Shown: positions 62,728 through 64,000 of the stretch, one piece after another
Layout of the letters: every line of letters begins with the position of its first letter
How positions within the stretch are numbered: the first letter of the stretch is position 1
Assembly: GCF_006345805.1 (NCBI RefSeq)
Contig: NW_021833019.1
Coordinates: 33,980-97,979, forward strand
Reading direction: 5' to 3'
Length of the DNA stretch: 64,000 nucleotides
Source: Octopus sinensis
Taxonomy: Eukaryota
Program-made: the position numbers and the translations under genes
The notes under the pieces: model-generated
Told to the model about the DNA's origin: nothing
Databases searched by the model: none
The model's input: only the letters and a program-made list of their open reading frames with translations

Positions 62728-64000
62728 CTAGAAGAGGTACCCGGCGTTGCCCAGCATAACTCTCAATGGAGTAGTTGTTCAAATGAACCGAAAGACTTCC
62801 ATCAAATACAACTATAGAAGTAATAATTTACAAGTGTTGACCATAATGAGGGCCTCTGAATATTCACGCTGAAATATCTCTGTGGTGGTGCTGCCAGCAA
62901 AGATGAATACGATAGTAACAATTTAAACTTTGTGGGCCTGAAGAGGGCCTTGGGTCGTTCACTCTTAAAAGTCCCAGTGGCGGAGCTGTCAGCAAAGACG
63001 ACTCCAATTAGAGGTGGTGGCCCTTAAGAAGTCCTCCACACCACTTTGGTGTGTCATATTTGCTTTGCTTATTATTTAAGGTTGTAACCTAGAAAAGCAT
63101 GTAAAAGTTGGTGGCCACAAAAACGGCCTTGGCAAGATCATGCTGGAATGTTAAAAAATGTGTAACTAAGATTTAGGGAAAAGTAGATTAATTAAGTTAA
63201 AACCATGGAACATCAATAGCAAATTGTGATAGCAACATATAAATGTAGAAAACAGAGACATTCAACATTTATAACATATAGCAAGACCAACCTCAGAGGC
63301 ATACATAATATTGTCAAAAGGACAAATATAGCACACGGATACACTTATACAAAAAAACAGCGAATACTCGGTGGATAGGGTGCCTACAAAACTTCCTTAT
63401 TGACTAAATTTTGGGTTTTCTCGCAAGTTGTAAAAGCAAATAGGTTATGCCGGCTCCCCACTTGAGAGCAGCCAATATATAGTTGACCGTGGGAGGAGCA
63501 CAGATCTTCTAAAGTAAGCCCTATGACCATCAGCATCTGACCCTGTGATTTGTTAATTGACATGGCAAAACTGAGCCAGAGAGGGAATTGCAGCCTTCTG
63601 AATGTAAAAGGAATGTCTTTACTGGAGGGAATGAGAGGTATCCTTGGTATGAAGACGGTATCCACCTTACCACATCCTATAAGTATTGTTGCCACAATAG
63701 CATGAGGCATCGCCTTATGGACGACCAGACACATGCCGTTGCAAAGTCTGAGGGGTTACAAATTCCTGAAGAGCATTACAGGGACTTCTTTCTTAAGTTG
63801 CAATAAGTGTGGTGGCAATCCGGGAGGCCTAGGGAATTAAGAAATTTTGTTGGATAATTAACAACTTCGTCCGAATCAGCCATAGAATCAAGGTTTCCAG
63901 GCAAGCACAGCATGATATTTCCAACTATGTAGTTTTCTGAAGCCAATACTGCACATTCACACAACCACTCTTGATTTGTGCAGTTCTTCTCAAGTTTAGG
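62728..64000 (-). mobile_element. Helitron 3' part (helicase C-terminus, 3' UTR, terminus)
   Basis: VFIPRIPLIP..FRRLQFPL..FAMSINKSQGQ..HGQLYIGCSQV; hairpin ctgggcaacgccggg followed by CTAG|T at 62731-62727. Confidence 0.92.

Overview
AT-rich eukaryotic DNA made almost entirely of transposable elements and microsatellites. The SINE and LINE families resemble those of octopus (coleoid cephalopod); this is inference from pattern recognition, not a search. No intact host gene, rRNA, tRNA or CRISPR array is supported. Main contents: (1) a full-length, decayed Ty3/Gypsy element of CsRn1 type (10644-16488, minus) with both LTRs, a CATG target-site duplication, tRNA-Trp PBS, PPT, CHCC Gag motif and an intact-looking -1 frameshift/pseudoknot signal; (2) an inverted segmental duplication (9360-19467 vs 29238-33043) whose second arm keeps the empty Gypsy site; (3) many RTE LINE copies, one with only two premature stops (53003-56905); (4) fragments of R4/Dong-like, Tx1-like and CR1/L2-like LINEs, Helitrons, pogo, mariner and hAT transposons, and two tRNA-headed SINE families; (5) Penelope-like (PLE) remnants. 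The most striking observation is a 159-bp near-perfect inverted repeat (19601-19963) in which each arm encodes a type I hammerhead ribozyme fold with a palindromic minimal stem III. A second, minimal hammerhead variant lies at 58674-58708, and further long foldbacks lie at 3551-4310, 52738-53190 and 59050-59402. All structures were read by eye. Identities are estimates and most boundaries of decayed elements are approximate.
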